Source: Camelus ferus
Taxonomy: Eukaryota
Direction of reading: 5' to 3'
Assembly: GCF_009834535.1 (NCBI RefSeq)
Contig: NC_045696.1
Location: 62,746,001 to 62,810,000 of the forward strand
Length of the DNA stretch: 64,000 nucleotides
In this document: positions 1 through 11,462 of the stretch, one piece after another
Numbering within the stretch: position 1 is the stretch's first letter
How the letters are laid out: each line of letters starts with the position of its first letter
Notes under the pieces: generated by a model
Databases searched by the model: none
Seen by the model: only the letters and a program-made list of their open reading frames with translations
What the model was told of the DNA's origin: nothing
Program-made: the position numbers and the translations under genes

Positions 1-1834
1 TTCCTTCTCAGGCTCTGTGACGCCAAGGGTAGCACATCCGTCCTGGCAGTCACGCTGATGGGACCGCGAGGCAGCTTTGTTTGTTATGTGCCATCAATAA
101 GTTAAAAAAAAATCAAAACAAAAAACAAACAGGCTGTCCTCCCTCCTCCTGTCAGCCTCCAGGCCAGTTCGTGGTGATTAGTGCTGGCTGAAACCTCAAG
201 TCCCCTCTCGCCTTGAAGGGTCTTGCCTCCAGTGGAGTCGAGCTCGGCTGCTCAGGGGAGGCGGGTCTGGGAGTCAGCCCTTCGCGTCCTCGTGTGGGCT
301 CTGCTGGGCTTGGCTGCGCGCTCAGGCTTGGGCTACTTCCTGGCGAGACACTGAGCTGGTTTTTCCACCTTCCCCTGGAGCCTGGAGAGAAGGGGTGGGT
401 GGTGGGTTGATCAGAGAGCCCATCTTCCTCATCTGCATAGGGGGGATGCGGGGGGTTGTGGGGGTGACAAACGAGGACTCTGGGGTCTTGAGTTTCTCAT
501 GGAGTCTCGGGGATAGAAGAGCCCTTGGGGCTGTCTGGGCCCCACACCCACTGTTTATAGACAAGGACCCCGAGGCCTGGAGGGGGCAGCCTTGTTTCAG
601 GCCGCAGGGCCAGTTGATGGCAGAGCTGGGTTGAAGCACATTCTGCCTTCTGTGTTTTCCCTGTGGTCTCAGCTACAAGCCTTCAGCCTTTTTAGTCTGG
701 GGTGTCATTTTCCTGTGTACAACCAGCATGTCTTAGCCCCAAACCTCAGTAGTTAGAAGGTGCAGAGCCAGTTAAGGGAGCAGAGGACATTCTGTGTGGC
801 TGACGGAGATTTGTAGTGAAGTGTAGGGACAGATGGGAGGGAAAAGCCGGCTGGGGCGAGTGCCCAGAGGGCCTGTGCTCTGCGGGCTCTCTGAAGGGTG
901 TGAGGGCTGAGAGCAGGGAGAGGAGCATGGCAGGGACAAGCCGGGGTCCTGGGTCCTCGCTCCACCCCTTCTGACACAGGGACCCAGACTTCTCTCACGT
1001 CTTCCTGCACTAGAGGCTCCTTCTCTCCTAACCTTTCTGTTTTAAACTTTAAGCTGGGGCCATACTTCGCCAAGATTCTACCTGGAAGACTTAGGGAGCT
1101 GCAGCCAGACAGGGCCCAGGCCGGCCTGAGGGGAGGGTTAGCCACATCCTTAGGTGTAAAGACAGACAGATGCCTGGCTGGCTTGGCAGGGTCAGACCCC
1201 CAGGGTGACTCCAAGGCCCCATGTAGCTCAGTGAGACTTCTAATAAGTGCGGTGTCTCCAGGGGCAGCGTGTCAGCTGAGCTTAGGATGCTGTGGGTGCA
1301 GGTGTCTGGGCTGTAGGGTACAGGCTCAAGCAGGGGCCCCCTGGCTCCAATCTTGACACCCCCAATTCATGACACTTACAACCCTGCCTGTGACCACAGA
1401 ACAGGGAGCACTGCCCGGTGGCTGGTGAGGGTTCCAGGAAACAAGTCCTGGGGCCCTGACTCCATGGAAGCTCTGGTGAGGGGAGGGGCACGGGGTGCAG
1501 AAGCTGAGCCGGCCCAGGGCCTCACACCCCCTCCCACCCCACTCCGAGTCCCCACTCTGAGTTCTTCCAGTGCTGTAAGCACCCTGAGGGCTGGTGTCGG
1601 GCTCACCCTGCTCTCCCCTCCATGACCCCACATAGTAGGTGCTCAGAGAAGGGACATTGAGAATGAAATTAGACTGATGGAAACAGGTACTGAGCTTTTG
1701 CTTTTTAGCAATTCCTAAGCACTCTTCATAGACCCCATTCACCTGAGGAGAACGCAGATGGGATGTTCGTAATGCTCGTGGCACTAATAGCAATACTGAG
1801 ATGCTGTGCTTGCACTGCTCTTGCTGATGGGAAT

Positions 1835-2055
1835 GATAACGATAACATTTACTGGGGTGCACCCTGTGCTGGGCAGTGTGCTAAGCACTTTACATGGAAT
1901 GTTATTAAATCCTCACAGCAGTTGTATGAAATCATGATTGATATTACCCCATTTTCCATAATGAGATAACTGAGGCACAGATTGTTTACATGCTCACTCA
2001 GGGTCAGCCACGGAGCCAGGAAATGGTGGAGCCAGGATTCCATGCATGGTCTGAG
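1835..2055 (-). mobile_element. MIR SINE
   Basis: Reverse-complement MIR core: gtgctaagcactttacatg...aatcctcacagc...ccccatttt...gataactgaggcacaga. Confidence 0.8.
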
Positions 2056-3029
2056 GCACTTCACCAAGCTGGCCTTCTCTGTGGTCCGTGTGGGGGCACC
2101 TGGGCAGCAGAGGAGTGACAGTGGTATCTGGAGGGAGGACACCCCGAGAGGATGGACAGCTGCAGCAGCAGGGTAGGAGGCGTGAGGCCCTTGGGTAAAC
2201 GTCTGGGCTCTTCCCTTCTTTGAGCAGACCACCCCCTTTCAGGGGTCTTGATGGAGGCTTTAGACAGAAGATGGGATAGAAACATAAGTTTTCCCTTTTC
2301 AGAGAGCAAAGAGGAGACTATGTGAGTTTTGACTGGAATCTGATCTTGGAGAAATGTGGCAAGTGCCCCAGTCATCCCGCAGGAATCCTGCAGACCCAAC
2401 GGGAACTTCCTGTAGTAGGGGGAGCACAGGGACGGGGCTGCACCCCACCCGCCCTGCCTGGACCCTCTGCCTGCCTTCCCTCCTTCCAGGAACCCTCAGC
2501 CTTGTTGTTTCAACTGCACAGAGCAGGTTACCAGCGATTGTTCTTGGAAGCCTTTCTGTGCTCTTAGGACCTTTGAGAAAAGAACAAACAGCTACAAAAA
2601 CACAGGGTAGTTAAAAAAATGTTTGCAATTTTTGTGCTGCATGGAACAAAAGAGGCATTCAGGAGACTCAGCATTGTTCTGAAGCGGGGATGAACCAGCT
2701 CCTTCTCTCTCGGGAGCATCCAGCTGATGGCTGTGGAATGTCGTTAGGCCATCTTAGTGTCAGGCTGTGCGGGGCCTGGGCTATAATCGCCTTTAACACT
2801 CACTCAGTTCTATCTCATCCATTCTTTTCATCTTGCTGGAGAAGTGGCTGAAAGCCGTCACCTAGTCACCCTCGTTTCGTACTAGTTACTAGCTCCCAGG
2901 TCTCTTACTGACTACCTTCAATGCTTGTCCTCAGCAGGGATAGTAAAGTCACAAAGTGATACTTGTATAGCAATCCAGTGTACACGGTAATTTCCCTTAT
3001 TGGATTTTTATTTCTGTTTCATTATTCAG

Positions 3030-3130
3030 AAGCCGTCTCTATTTTTTCAAAGGCAGAACCGAGGTTCGAAGCGGTGAAGTGACCTGCCCGATGCTGCTCA
3101 GCTAAGAACTAGCAGAGCCTCGGCGAACAC
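3030..3130 (-). mobile_element. MIR fragment
   Basis: gaaccgaggttcgaagcggtgaagtgacctgccc...cagctaag resembles the reverse MIR core. Confidence 0.55.
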
Positions 3131-4676
3131 AGCGCTCTTAGAACCCTACTCAGGTTCCTCCTTCAAGGAGTGAAATTTTGAAAGCTGCCTGCCTCCACTT
3201 CTTAGGAAATTCTAAAGCACTGTGGACCCATATTGTCTTTATCCTTGAAAGCTCTTTCTAGGACTGGGGCTCTGAAACTCCAGCCCCAGGTCTCTCTAAT
3301 TCAGAATTGGTCCATTCCTCCCGTGGTGGCCCAGGCGCCCACTGCCAGCCAGTGAGTCTGGTGGGCCCAGTGCCGTCGCCCAGCCCCAGCGCACAACCCT
3401 TTGACAGGCAATCGTAGGGAACCAGGATGCTCATTTGCCTTCTGGAGGACACACAGCTTGATTGCCTTTTCCCATTCCTCCTGCCTTGTCCACATCTGGC
3501 TTCATCCGTGCAGCCTTCCCTGTGTAATCAGGCCAGACAAGCTCGGCGGAGTGCGTGTGGGGCTGAGCGTGGAAGCTGAGTGGCAGTGATTTGCGCTGGA
3601 GTGCCGGCCGTGGGCTGCTTCCTCGTTCTCTGGAGGAGGGCTCTTGGGGAACTGGAAGGGGCCCTGGGGCTGCCTTCCTCCCCAGCCTGCTCCATGTCCT
3701 TCAGATTTCTCCTGCAACAGCTGGTGCAGGGTTGTTCCTTTGGGGGGCTTTGCCCATGTCCTCTCAGAATCCTGTGCTTCACTGCTGGAGTAACAGCCTG
3801 ACCTGCCATCAGGAAATTCCTGAGATGCATGCTCAGCACCAGTCTGAGGAACTGGGGATGTTTAGTCAAGATAAGAGAGAACCCATGGGGGCATGATCCC
3901 TGTCTTCATGCAAGAGAGGAAATGCGCTTGTTCCTTCTGGCTCCAGGGGGCAGGGCTTAGATCAGAGAGTAGAAGCTTGGATGGGGTGAAATTCAGCATA
4001 ATGTCAAAAAAAGAACTCACTAAAAAGCGGAGTTTTCAGAAAATGGAATGTGTTGTCCAGAGCGGAGTGAATTTTCTCTCCCTGGAGATGTGTTTTTCCC
4101 TGATGAGGAGGCTGGGACGGGGAATGACAGCTCCAGCCCTGAGTACAGAAGGAGATGACCGTTTCCCTTTATACGTGTGGCCTGTGATGTGCTCTCCACC
4201 ATGTCCTTTACCCACAAGGACCGAGCCAATCCAGGACGGGGCCCCAGGAGGCACCCCAGAAGATGAAGAGGATCAGGGAAAGAGGAGGTCGCTGACCTCC
4301 GTCCCCATGGGGGACCCATGCCGTTGGTCTGAGCCTTAATTTCTCCGGGTGGTGACAATGGTGGTGGTGGCGGTGGTAGCAACAACGGCCTATCAGTGAT
4401 TTCGATAGAGAAGAAGGGCTGAGTTTGTGCGCAGCTTGGCTGTCGTGACTGGTGGCCATTCTGATGGGTTCTCGAGAGAGGAAAGAATATGTCACATCTC
4501 ATTGCCAGATTCACACCTGGCAGGCAGTTTGCTGGAAACAGCAGCGTAGCAGAGTGGCGGGTCTGCCCCTCCAGCACCTTGTGAGTTAGTTGAAAGTGTT
4601 GATGGAGGATGGCAAGGACTCCCCACATTGTGACCTTTTCATAATTCATCATTCTTCAGTGCAGGAACAGGTGCAC

Positions 4677-4727
<51 letters not shown>

Positions 4728-4734
4728 CGCGCGC
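4677..4734. repeat. Compound microsatellite (GT)n(GA)n(GC)n
   Basis: Directly visible. Confidence 0.95.
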
Positions 4735-4929
4735 AAGCGACACAGACGGAGGGAGAGATGTACTGGTTTCCTTTGTTCCCCTTGTTTCCCTGTCCAAGCT
4801 CCACACTAAATTACTCATTTTAATAACCTGGAATCCTTCCAAACGTTTATCTATGCTTATAAAAATTACACAGTTAAGCACACACATAAACAAGTACGTA
4901 TGTCTACAAGATTGTTTCTAAGTAATTAT

Positions 4930-5530
4930 TTTACAAAAATGGGATCATGTTAATCACATTCACTGCGTTCTGCTTTTCTTGTTCATCAGTACTTCATAGA
5001 AAAATCCCTCCAAGTCGGCTGGTTTACCTCTTATTTCATTCTTTGTATTCCCTGGAAGGAATGGTCTTTATTTTATTCGACCATTCTTATATTGATGGGC
5101 ATTCACTTTGTCTCTAGTTTTTTTTTATTTATAAGTAACTGCCTCCATAAACATCTGTAAGCTGCTTCCATAAACATCCTTGTATATGTATGTGTGTATG
5201 TCTTTTATGAACGACTGCTTTTATTTCCCGGGAGTAGAGTCCCAAGAATAAGAGTGCTGAGCTGAAGGCTATAGGATTTTTGTTTTCGACTGATGTTTCC
5301 AGATTGCGTTCCCCCGAAATGAAGACAGTTCTCATATCCATTAGCAGTTGGTGACAGTCCCATTCCCTCATCCCCAGAGCATTAATGTTCCTTCCTCGTT
5401 AGTGGTAGCCCCTGATGGGTAGACTGTAATGTCTCACTGTGACTTTGATTTTCATTTCTCGGGCTCCTGTTGAGTCTGAGCATCCTTCCACACAATTTTC
5501 TGCCATTTGCATCGGTCTGCCATGAATTGC
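4930..5530 (-). mobile_element. Ancient L1 (L1ME-like) 3' fragment
   Basis: Degenerate antisense L1 motifs: tattgatgggcatt, ctcactgtgactttgattttcatttctc...gagcatc...gccatttgcat. Confidence 0.6.
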
Positions 5531-5984
5531 CTCCTAGGATCCTGGGGGAAGGGACCAACAAGACTTTGGGTCAGTTGGCCAGCAATGGTGTGTTTCCATA
5601 ACAGCCTTCACCTGGTCCTGGGGGACAGGTGGCTCTCAACTCTCTCCCCTCCCCTCCTCTTCCACTTCCCCTCTCCTTGCCTTTCACCTCCCCCACCTCT
5701 CTCCCCTGGCACAGGTTTTAGAGTCCACAGAAGTGAAAAATTAAATCATATTTCCCCAAGGGTCCCAGAGAAGGGTGAGGGAAAGCAGAAAACAGAGCTG
5801 TAAGCGGGAGGGAGCTGGCAGGCTGGTATGGGGCTTAATTCCTCCCTATCCCTCGTGAGGCCCTGGGCTAGTTCCTTAACTTCTTGCTGCTATGAAATCT
5901 GCATCATGAAACAGGGAAGCCACTTGGCACTTGGTAATGCATCTGTGAGTACTTCAGATGTTGACTGATCCTTACGAAACTTCA

Positions 5985-6088
5985 AGTCTGGCTACTCACA
6001 GTGTGATCTAGACCAGAAATGCAGAATTTTGGGCCCCACCCCAGACCAACTGAATCAGAACCCACATTTTAAAGTTTGAGAAGCACTG
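5985..6088 (+). mobile_element. MER5A-like hAT-Charlie MITE (internally deleted)
   Basis: agaaatgcagaattttgggccccaccccagaccaactgaatcagaa...aaagtttgagaagcactg. Confidence 0.75.
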
Positions 6089-8899
6089 GCTTAAAGCACA
6101 CTGATTAGAGTTGTGAGAGAAAAAAAAATTAGTAGAACTTGCCCAGAAATGTTGCTGCAATTACAAACTTTCTAGAAGCATCAGTAGATCCAGTATCGTC
6201 AGGATTGGCTCACTAATGGTAGCACAAGCTCTTGTCTCTTGACCTCTTAGTGATGTTTCTTGTGATGTCTCTTGTCTCTTCGAGGTGTTTCCTCACGGGA
6301 CATAGCACCTCTCTCCCTTGGTGACAGGGATGCTTCCATCTAAGGAAACACAACATACCTACAGTCGTTGGTTCTCCCTGTTGCTGAGCCTCCCAGGCAC
6401 CCCGAGCTCCAGCATCCCAGCTCCGTCCCGGCAGATAGCTGGATGCTTCAGCTGCCGTGACTCTCAGCCACCTGCAGTCTCCTCTGTCCCCAGCTCTTCA
6501 CCACTGGCTCTGTCAGCCAGCTTCTCTTTTGAGCCTGGCTGCAGGCTCAACTTCTCCAGTTCTCACATGGAACTTCCCCCATCAGATGTCGTCACCCTCT
6601 AGGTAACTGAGCCCAGGTCCTGGCACTGGCCCCGTTGGCCTGCATCTTCCGCCATCTGTATCCACCCAGACAGGCCCCTGCTGTGCCCCTTCCCAACCGT
6701 CTCAGCTCCAAGGTGAGAACACTCAGGGCCTTCCTCCAGAGCTGCCCTGGGGACTTCTTAGTCTGCCCCTCGGGTCCCGTGGGGCTCCTGTAAACAGCAG
6801 TGCCCCCAGGAGCATTTCTGCTGTGGTTCCATGGCATTCGAGCCTGCTTGATTTATCCCGATGGTTGGCCCACCAGGGGTCAGGGCTGGAAACTGAAACC
6901 ACTCCGGGTATTGTAAGCAGATGGGGTTTAATGCTGAGACTTCAATGGTTCCGGTGTTGGTGGAGGGGCTGACGGGCAGGTTATCAACTGGGCCTTCTGA
7001 ATGCCTCCTACATCACACCACTGCCAACCCCACGGCTGTTTCCAGACTCCAGGAAGCTGAAGGGTGGACACCCCTGGTTGAGGGATTAGAGTTTGGACAA
7101 GAAGCTGCCTCTGTTGCCCTGCTTTTTTGATATCCGGGAAGCAGCAGCATGATGTCTGGGTTCAGGGTGACCAGCAATGACGGCCAAGAGCTGCATTCCC
7201 TCCCTCCACATCTCATGTACACCTGATTGGCACACCCTGACTTACATGCAGAGAGCGCCAGCTGCTGGGAGGCTTGGGGGGAGGCAACCACACGTCTACC
7301 TCAGACAGGTAGGATTTTGACAGGTGGGATGGGTGGGGGCCTTCTGCACTCACACACCAGAATTCAGCCTCCAGCCAGCCCCAAGCAATGCGAGCACAGA
7401 AGCCAGACCCCCCGGCTCTTCCCAGATTGGGCTGCAGCACCTTCTGCAGGTGGCAGAGTAGGTTCTTCCCTCCAGCCGACGTGGTCGCACTGCACCAGCA
7501 GGACCATGGTGTTCCTTGCCATCTCTATGCTGTTCTAAGCACATAAGATATTGCTTCCTTCCTGAGTGCTCCAAAAGCTTTATATTTTTATTTTTCCTAG
7601 TTTTTTACTCAATCCCAGAGTCACAAGCTTGACAGAGATGCAGGAAATAGAACTGTACTAGGTCGTGCCGGCTTCAGCGCAAGAGAGTGTTTGTTTTGGG
7701 TCATTAGGATTTCGTGTCCAATCCTGGTCTTCATTATTAAACATGGAAAGGGATGTTCTCCAAGCCCTATAATTAGCAAGCACTTTTTCTTGCTCATGAC
7801 ATGGTTGTATAACATGATTGCCTGTAGGCTTTGAAGGGGAATGTGTTTGAGGTGTTAGGGAAATGACAATGGTTTGGGTCTCCTGGGGCCGTGGGAGAGT
7901 GCTCAGTTTGAGGGTATGAAAGCTGAAATCAGCTGTGGGGCATTCAGTGCCCAGAGGCAAGGGCTGATCTGCAACAGCTGAGAAGTGAAATTCAGGTGCT
8001 CTTGTGTGCCTCGGGCAGAGGCCTCTTAGCCTCCTCTCAGGTCCTGGCACAGCACCTTATGCAGAGGAGGTTATTGAAATGGTTTATTACAAAGAAGGAA
8101 ATAAAAAGAGATTACCTGTGGGTGGGAGTTAGGAGACTTGTGATTCTCCGTGTCTCCCAGCTCCCCTGGGGGCAGGCATCCCCTGGGCCCTCAGGCTCTC
8201 TGGCTTGGGGGAAGCAAATCAGAGCAGCTGTCTTCAGGACTCCAGCTGGAGGAGAGAGAAGGACGCCGCTCCCTGCAGCTTTCCTGGAGAGCATTTGGAG
8301 TGGGGCACGGATTTTGCAGGATAAGTTGCCAGCACTATGAAGCAGAATCCAGAGGTGGTTCTACAGCAGATGCCCATCTTGTTTCCATAACTGAACCCTG
8401 GGATGCGTTCTCAATTTTAGTCCCTGGGGCCCAGCACTCGGCCTTTGTGACTAGCCTGTGCGCTCCAAATTGGACGCTCATGCTCCCTTGATGCTGCGCC
8501 AAGTGCTCACATCCTGACCTTTGCTTGTGCCATCCCTGCCTCCTGGGGGGCTTCTCTTCACCTGTGTCCCCCTTGAGAAGCCCTCTCTGTCCTTCACAGC
8601 CAGCTCAGTCACACTTTCCTAGCGTCCCGTGACCATCAGCCACTGGAGCTCCCTCTCACCCCATCTGAACACCCAGAGCACTTTTCTCCCCTCTTCTCCT
8701 GGCCCTCGCCCCTTCCTACCCCGTACATTCACCCTGTGGATGCCCCGGAGACCTCCTTCCCAGCCAAATCTTCCCCGCTGCTGGCCCAGAGTCAACACTT
8801 GTTTGTGGAGCAAATGACAAAGTGAAACGAATCATCCATCAGAGGGGAGACCCCAAAGCAGTTGCAGAGAAAGGATTCTGACAAAAAAAAGTGGGGCAG

Positions 8900-9140
8900 C
8901 ACAGCAATGTTGTCCAGCCCACGGTGCTGGGTTCGCACTGCCGGGTTTGGTCCTGACCCCACAACTTAATAGCTCTGTGACTGGGCAAGCTTCTTAACCT
9001 CTCTGTTCCTCAGTTTCCTCATCTGTTCAGTAGAGATAAGAGTGATGCCTCCCTCACAGGTCCCTTGTGAGAATTCAACTCTTTTAAAGCATATCAAGTT
9101 CTTAGAATAGTGCCTGCCACATAAGTGTTAATATATGTTA
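8900..9140 (+). mobile_element. MIR SINE
   Basis: gggcaagcttcttaacctctctgttcctcagtttcctcatctg...cttagaatagtgcctgccacata. Confidence 0.85.
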
Positions 9141-9339
9141 ATACACCCCTCCCTTCCCCGAACTGACTTTCAGAACTTTACTTGCCTGTCAGAAAACGGT
9201 GCTAGATGTTGGGGGCTCTCAGAGCTCCCACTGGCCCTCCACCTCTATTTAAACCCCATACTTGTGGCCAAATCAGATAGAGATTCTTCCCTGAGAAGGA
9301 TCCATCCTTCCCTTGGAAGGGAGGAATGGTGGACAGTTC

Positions 9340-9515
9340 CACTGACCAAGGTGCGGCTCTGTGCGAGGGCTCCTTGTACAAAATGCTGTTTAATCTTTAC
9401 GACAGCCTCTAGATGTGTGTTAATATTTCCACCTTACAGGAGGCTGAAGCTCAAAGAACTCAGCTAGTGGCTTGTAGCTGAAGAGCAAATCAGACTCCAA
9501 AACCTGTGTTCTCTT
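9340..9515 (-). mobile_element. MIR fragment
   Basis: tttaatctttacgacagcc...cttacaggaggctgaagctcaaaga resembles reverse MIR. Confidence 0.5.
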
Positions 9516-10548
9516 GGCTGCGTTGTGTGCTCCCTGCCTCCTGGGCTGGGCGGAGTGTGTGGTCCCGACGGGGAATGGTGGGTGAGTCGGCGCTGCCCCG
9601 TGTTGCCTCATAGGGCAGCAGTACACGGGCCGGGGTGAGAAAACTGGATGGTGTGCACGGGTCTTCTGAGGCCTGGGACACCCACAAGCATCCATTAAAC
9701 CAGTTTTTATCAGTTGCAGTAGTTCACGGAATCTGACCTGGATTCCCGTAGCCCTTTGCCAAGATGTCACTGAGGCGTCCGCAAGCCTTATTTCCGTTTT
9801 CTAGTCTGGGGATTCTCTTCTTGCTTAGAAAAGGTCTTGTTGGTTTTAAGCCTAATTACAACTGTTTTTTTCTCACTTCAGCTGACGTGGTATACCAGTT
9901 TACTGTTTGACTTTAGCGCCCACAACATTTATGCAGCAACAGTAATGCCAAGTGAACTGTAGAAGAAATGAGTTCCTATGGCGTTTACAGCCCATCTTAA
10001 CGTACACTTGGCATATACAGCATGCGCGCTCTGTTTGAAGCAAGCTTTCACTATTGTGGTGAGCAAATTGAAGTCTTATATTTACATACTTTCCCCTGCA
10101 GGAGGCATGGAATAAGGACACCTTACCTCTATTCTAAATCTTGAAGTTGTGAGTTCATATTTTTGAAAATTTTATTCTGTTGTAACAAGTTAAGATTACC
10201 CCAAGTTTCTCTGAAAACAGCGTATATTCGCCCATCTGTCAGCCTTACCAGCTTGAAGGCGGCAGAATTCTGTGGGACCGTATATGATTCAAGAGTCACT
10301 ACCAGAGGTGGGCGGGCCAGAGATGGCAGGTGGTGTTCAAGCTTAGTCACAGTGACATGCCCCTTATCCACTGCTTACAGGCTTTCCCAATGACAGGCGC
10401 ACCCCCTTCATAAGAAACACTGGCACCATCCCACACCCACCCTGGAGAAGAGTCCTAGCCGTAGGGGGACACACAGCCCAGCCCTGTCCTCCCCTCCCCC
10501 CCATCCATCCTCTGCCTCCCCCCATATATTTCTTTCTCTCTCACTCAC

Positions 10549-10995
10549 TATTGTGGATTGAATGTCTCCCACAAATTCATATGCTGAAGTCCTAACCTCC
10601 AGTACCTCAGAGTGTGATCTGGTTTAGAAAGAGTCAAGACAGATACAATTAGTTCAGGTGGGATCACGAGGGTGGGCCCTAATACAATATGCTGATGTCC
10701 TTATTAAAAGGGGACACTGGGACACAGACATCCTCACATGGGGAGAGCACCGTGTGGAGGTGGAAGCGGAGATCGGGCTTTGCTTCTCCAAGCTGAAGAC
10801 ACCAAAGGTTGCTGAGGAACGACCCGAAGCTGGGGAGGGGCGTGCAGCAGGGTCTCTCACAGCCCTGGGAGGAGCGGCCCCGCCCACAGCTTGGTCTTGG
10901 ACTTCTAGCCTCTGAAGCTGCACACAGTAAATTTCTGTGGTTGGAGCTGCCCAGTCTGGGGTAGTTTGTTACAGCAGCTCCAGCAAACGCACACA
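10549..10995 (+). mobile_element. MLT1-family (ERVL-MaLR) solo LTR, probably MLT1B/C
   Basis: Starts tattgtggattgaatgtctccc...aaattcatatgctgaagtcctaacc and ends taaatttctgtgg...gtagtttgttacagcagc...aaacgcacaca. 5-bp flanks ctcac/cacac (4/5 match). Confidence 0.85.
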
Positions 10996-11259
10996 CACAC
11001 ATGCACATACACACATCCTGGCCTGGTTATTATCTCTCACAGCCTGTTCCTTGAGGGGGTCAGGTGAACAGGAACTTCTTAGTGATAATGAAAGTAGTAA
11101 TGAAAGTGGCTGTGGGGGTGTTGGCCTCACATGTGGAAGCACCATTCATGTGCCTTCCTTTCTAAAATTGTACTTCTGTTCAAGAGTGGAGGTCTGTTTA
11201 AAAAAAAAACAACAGAGAAAGAATCTCTGAGCAGAGGATGCAGGGAGCATCAGTTCTGG

Positions 11260-11462
11260 GGGTAAACGGACAGGGGCAAATAAAAATCCGGCCTGTGCCA
11301 TTTTCTGGTTATTTCATTTCTCTGAGACTTTGCTGCCTTATTGACATATTGGAAATAATAAAAATAGTAATACCTTTGGAGTTGTGAGAACCAAAGAAAA
11401 TGCAGGTAAAGCTCTGAGCTTAATGCTTGATGTACAAGATGATAGCTGGCTTAATTATTATT
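11260..11462 (+). mobile_element. Degenerate MIR
   Basis: ttatttcatttctctgagac...ggaaataataaaaatagtaatacct...gttgtgag...tgcaggtaaagctct. Confidence 0.5.

Noticed and set aside
4020..4652. 210-aa minus-strand ORF
   Set aside because: No recognisable domain; low-complexity poly-Pro from a (GGT)n tract; no splice or promoter support.
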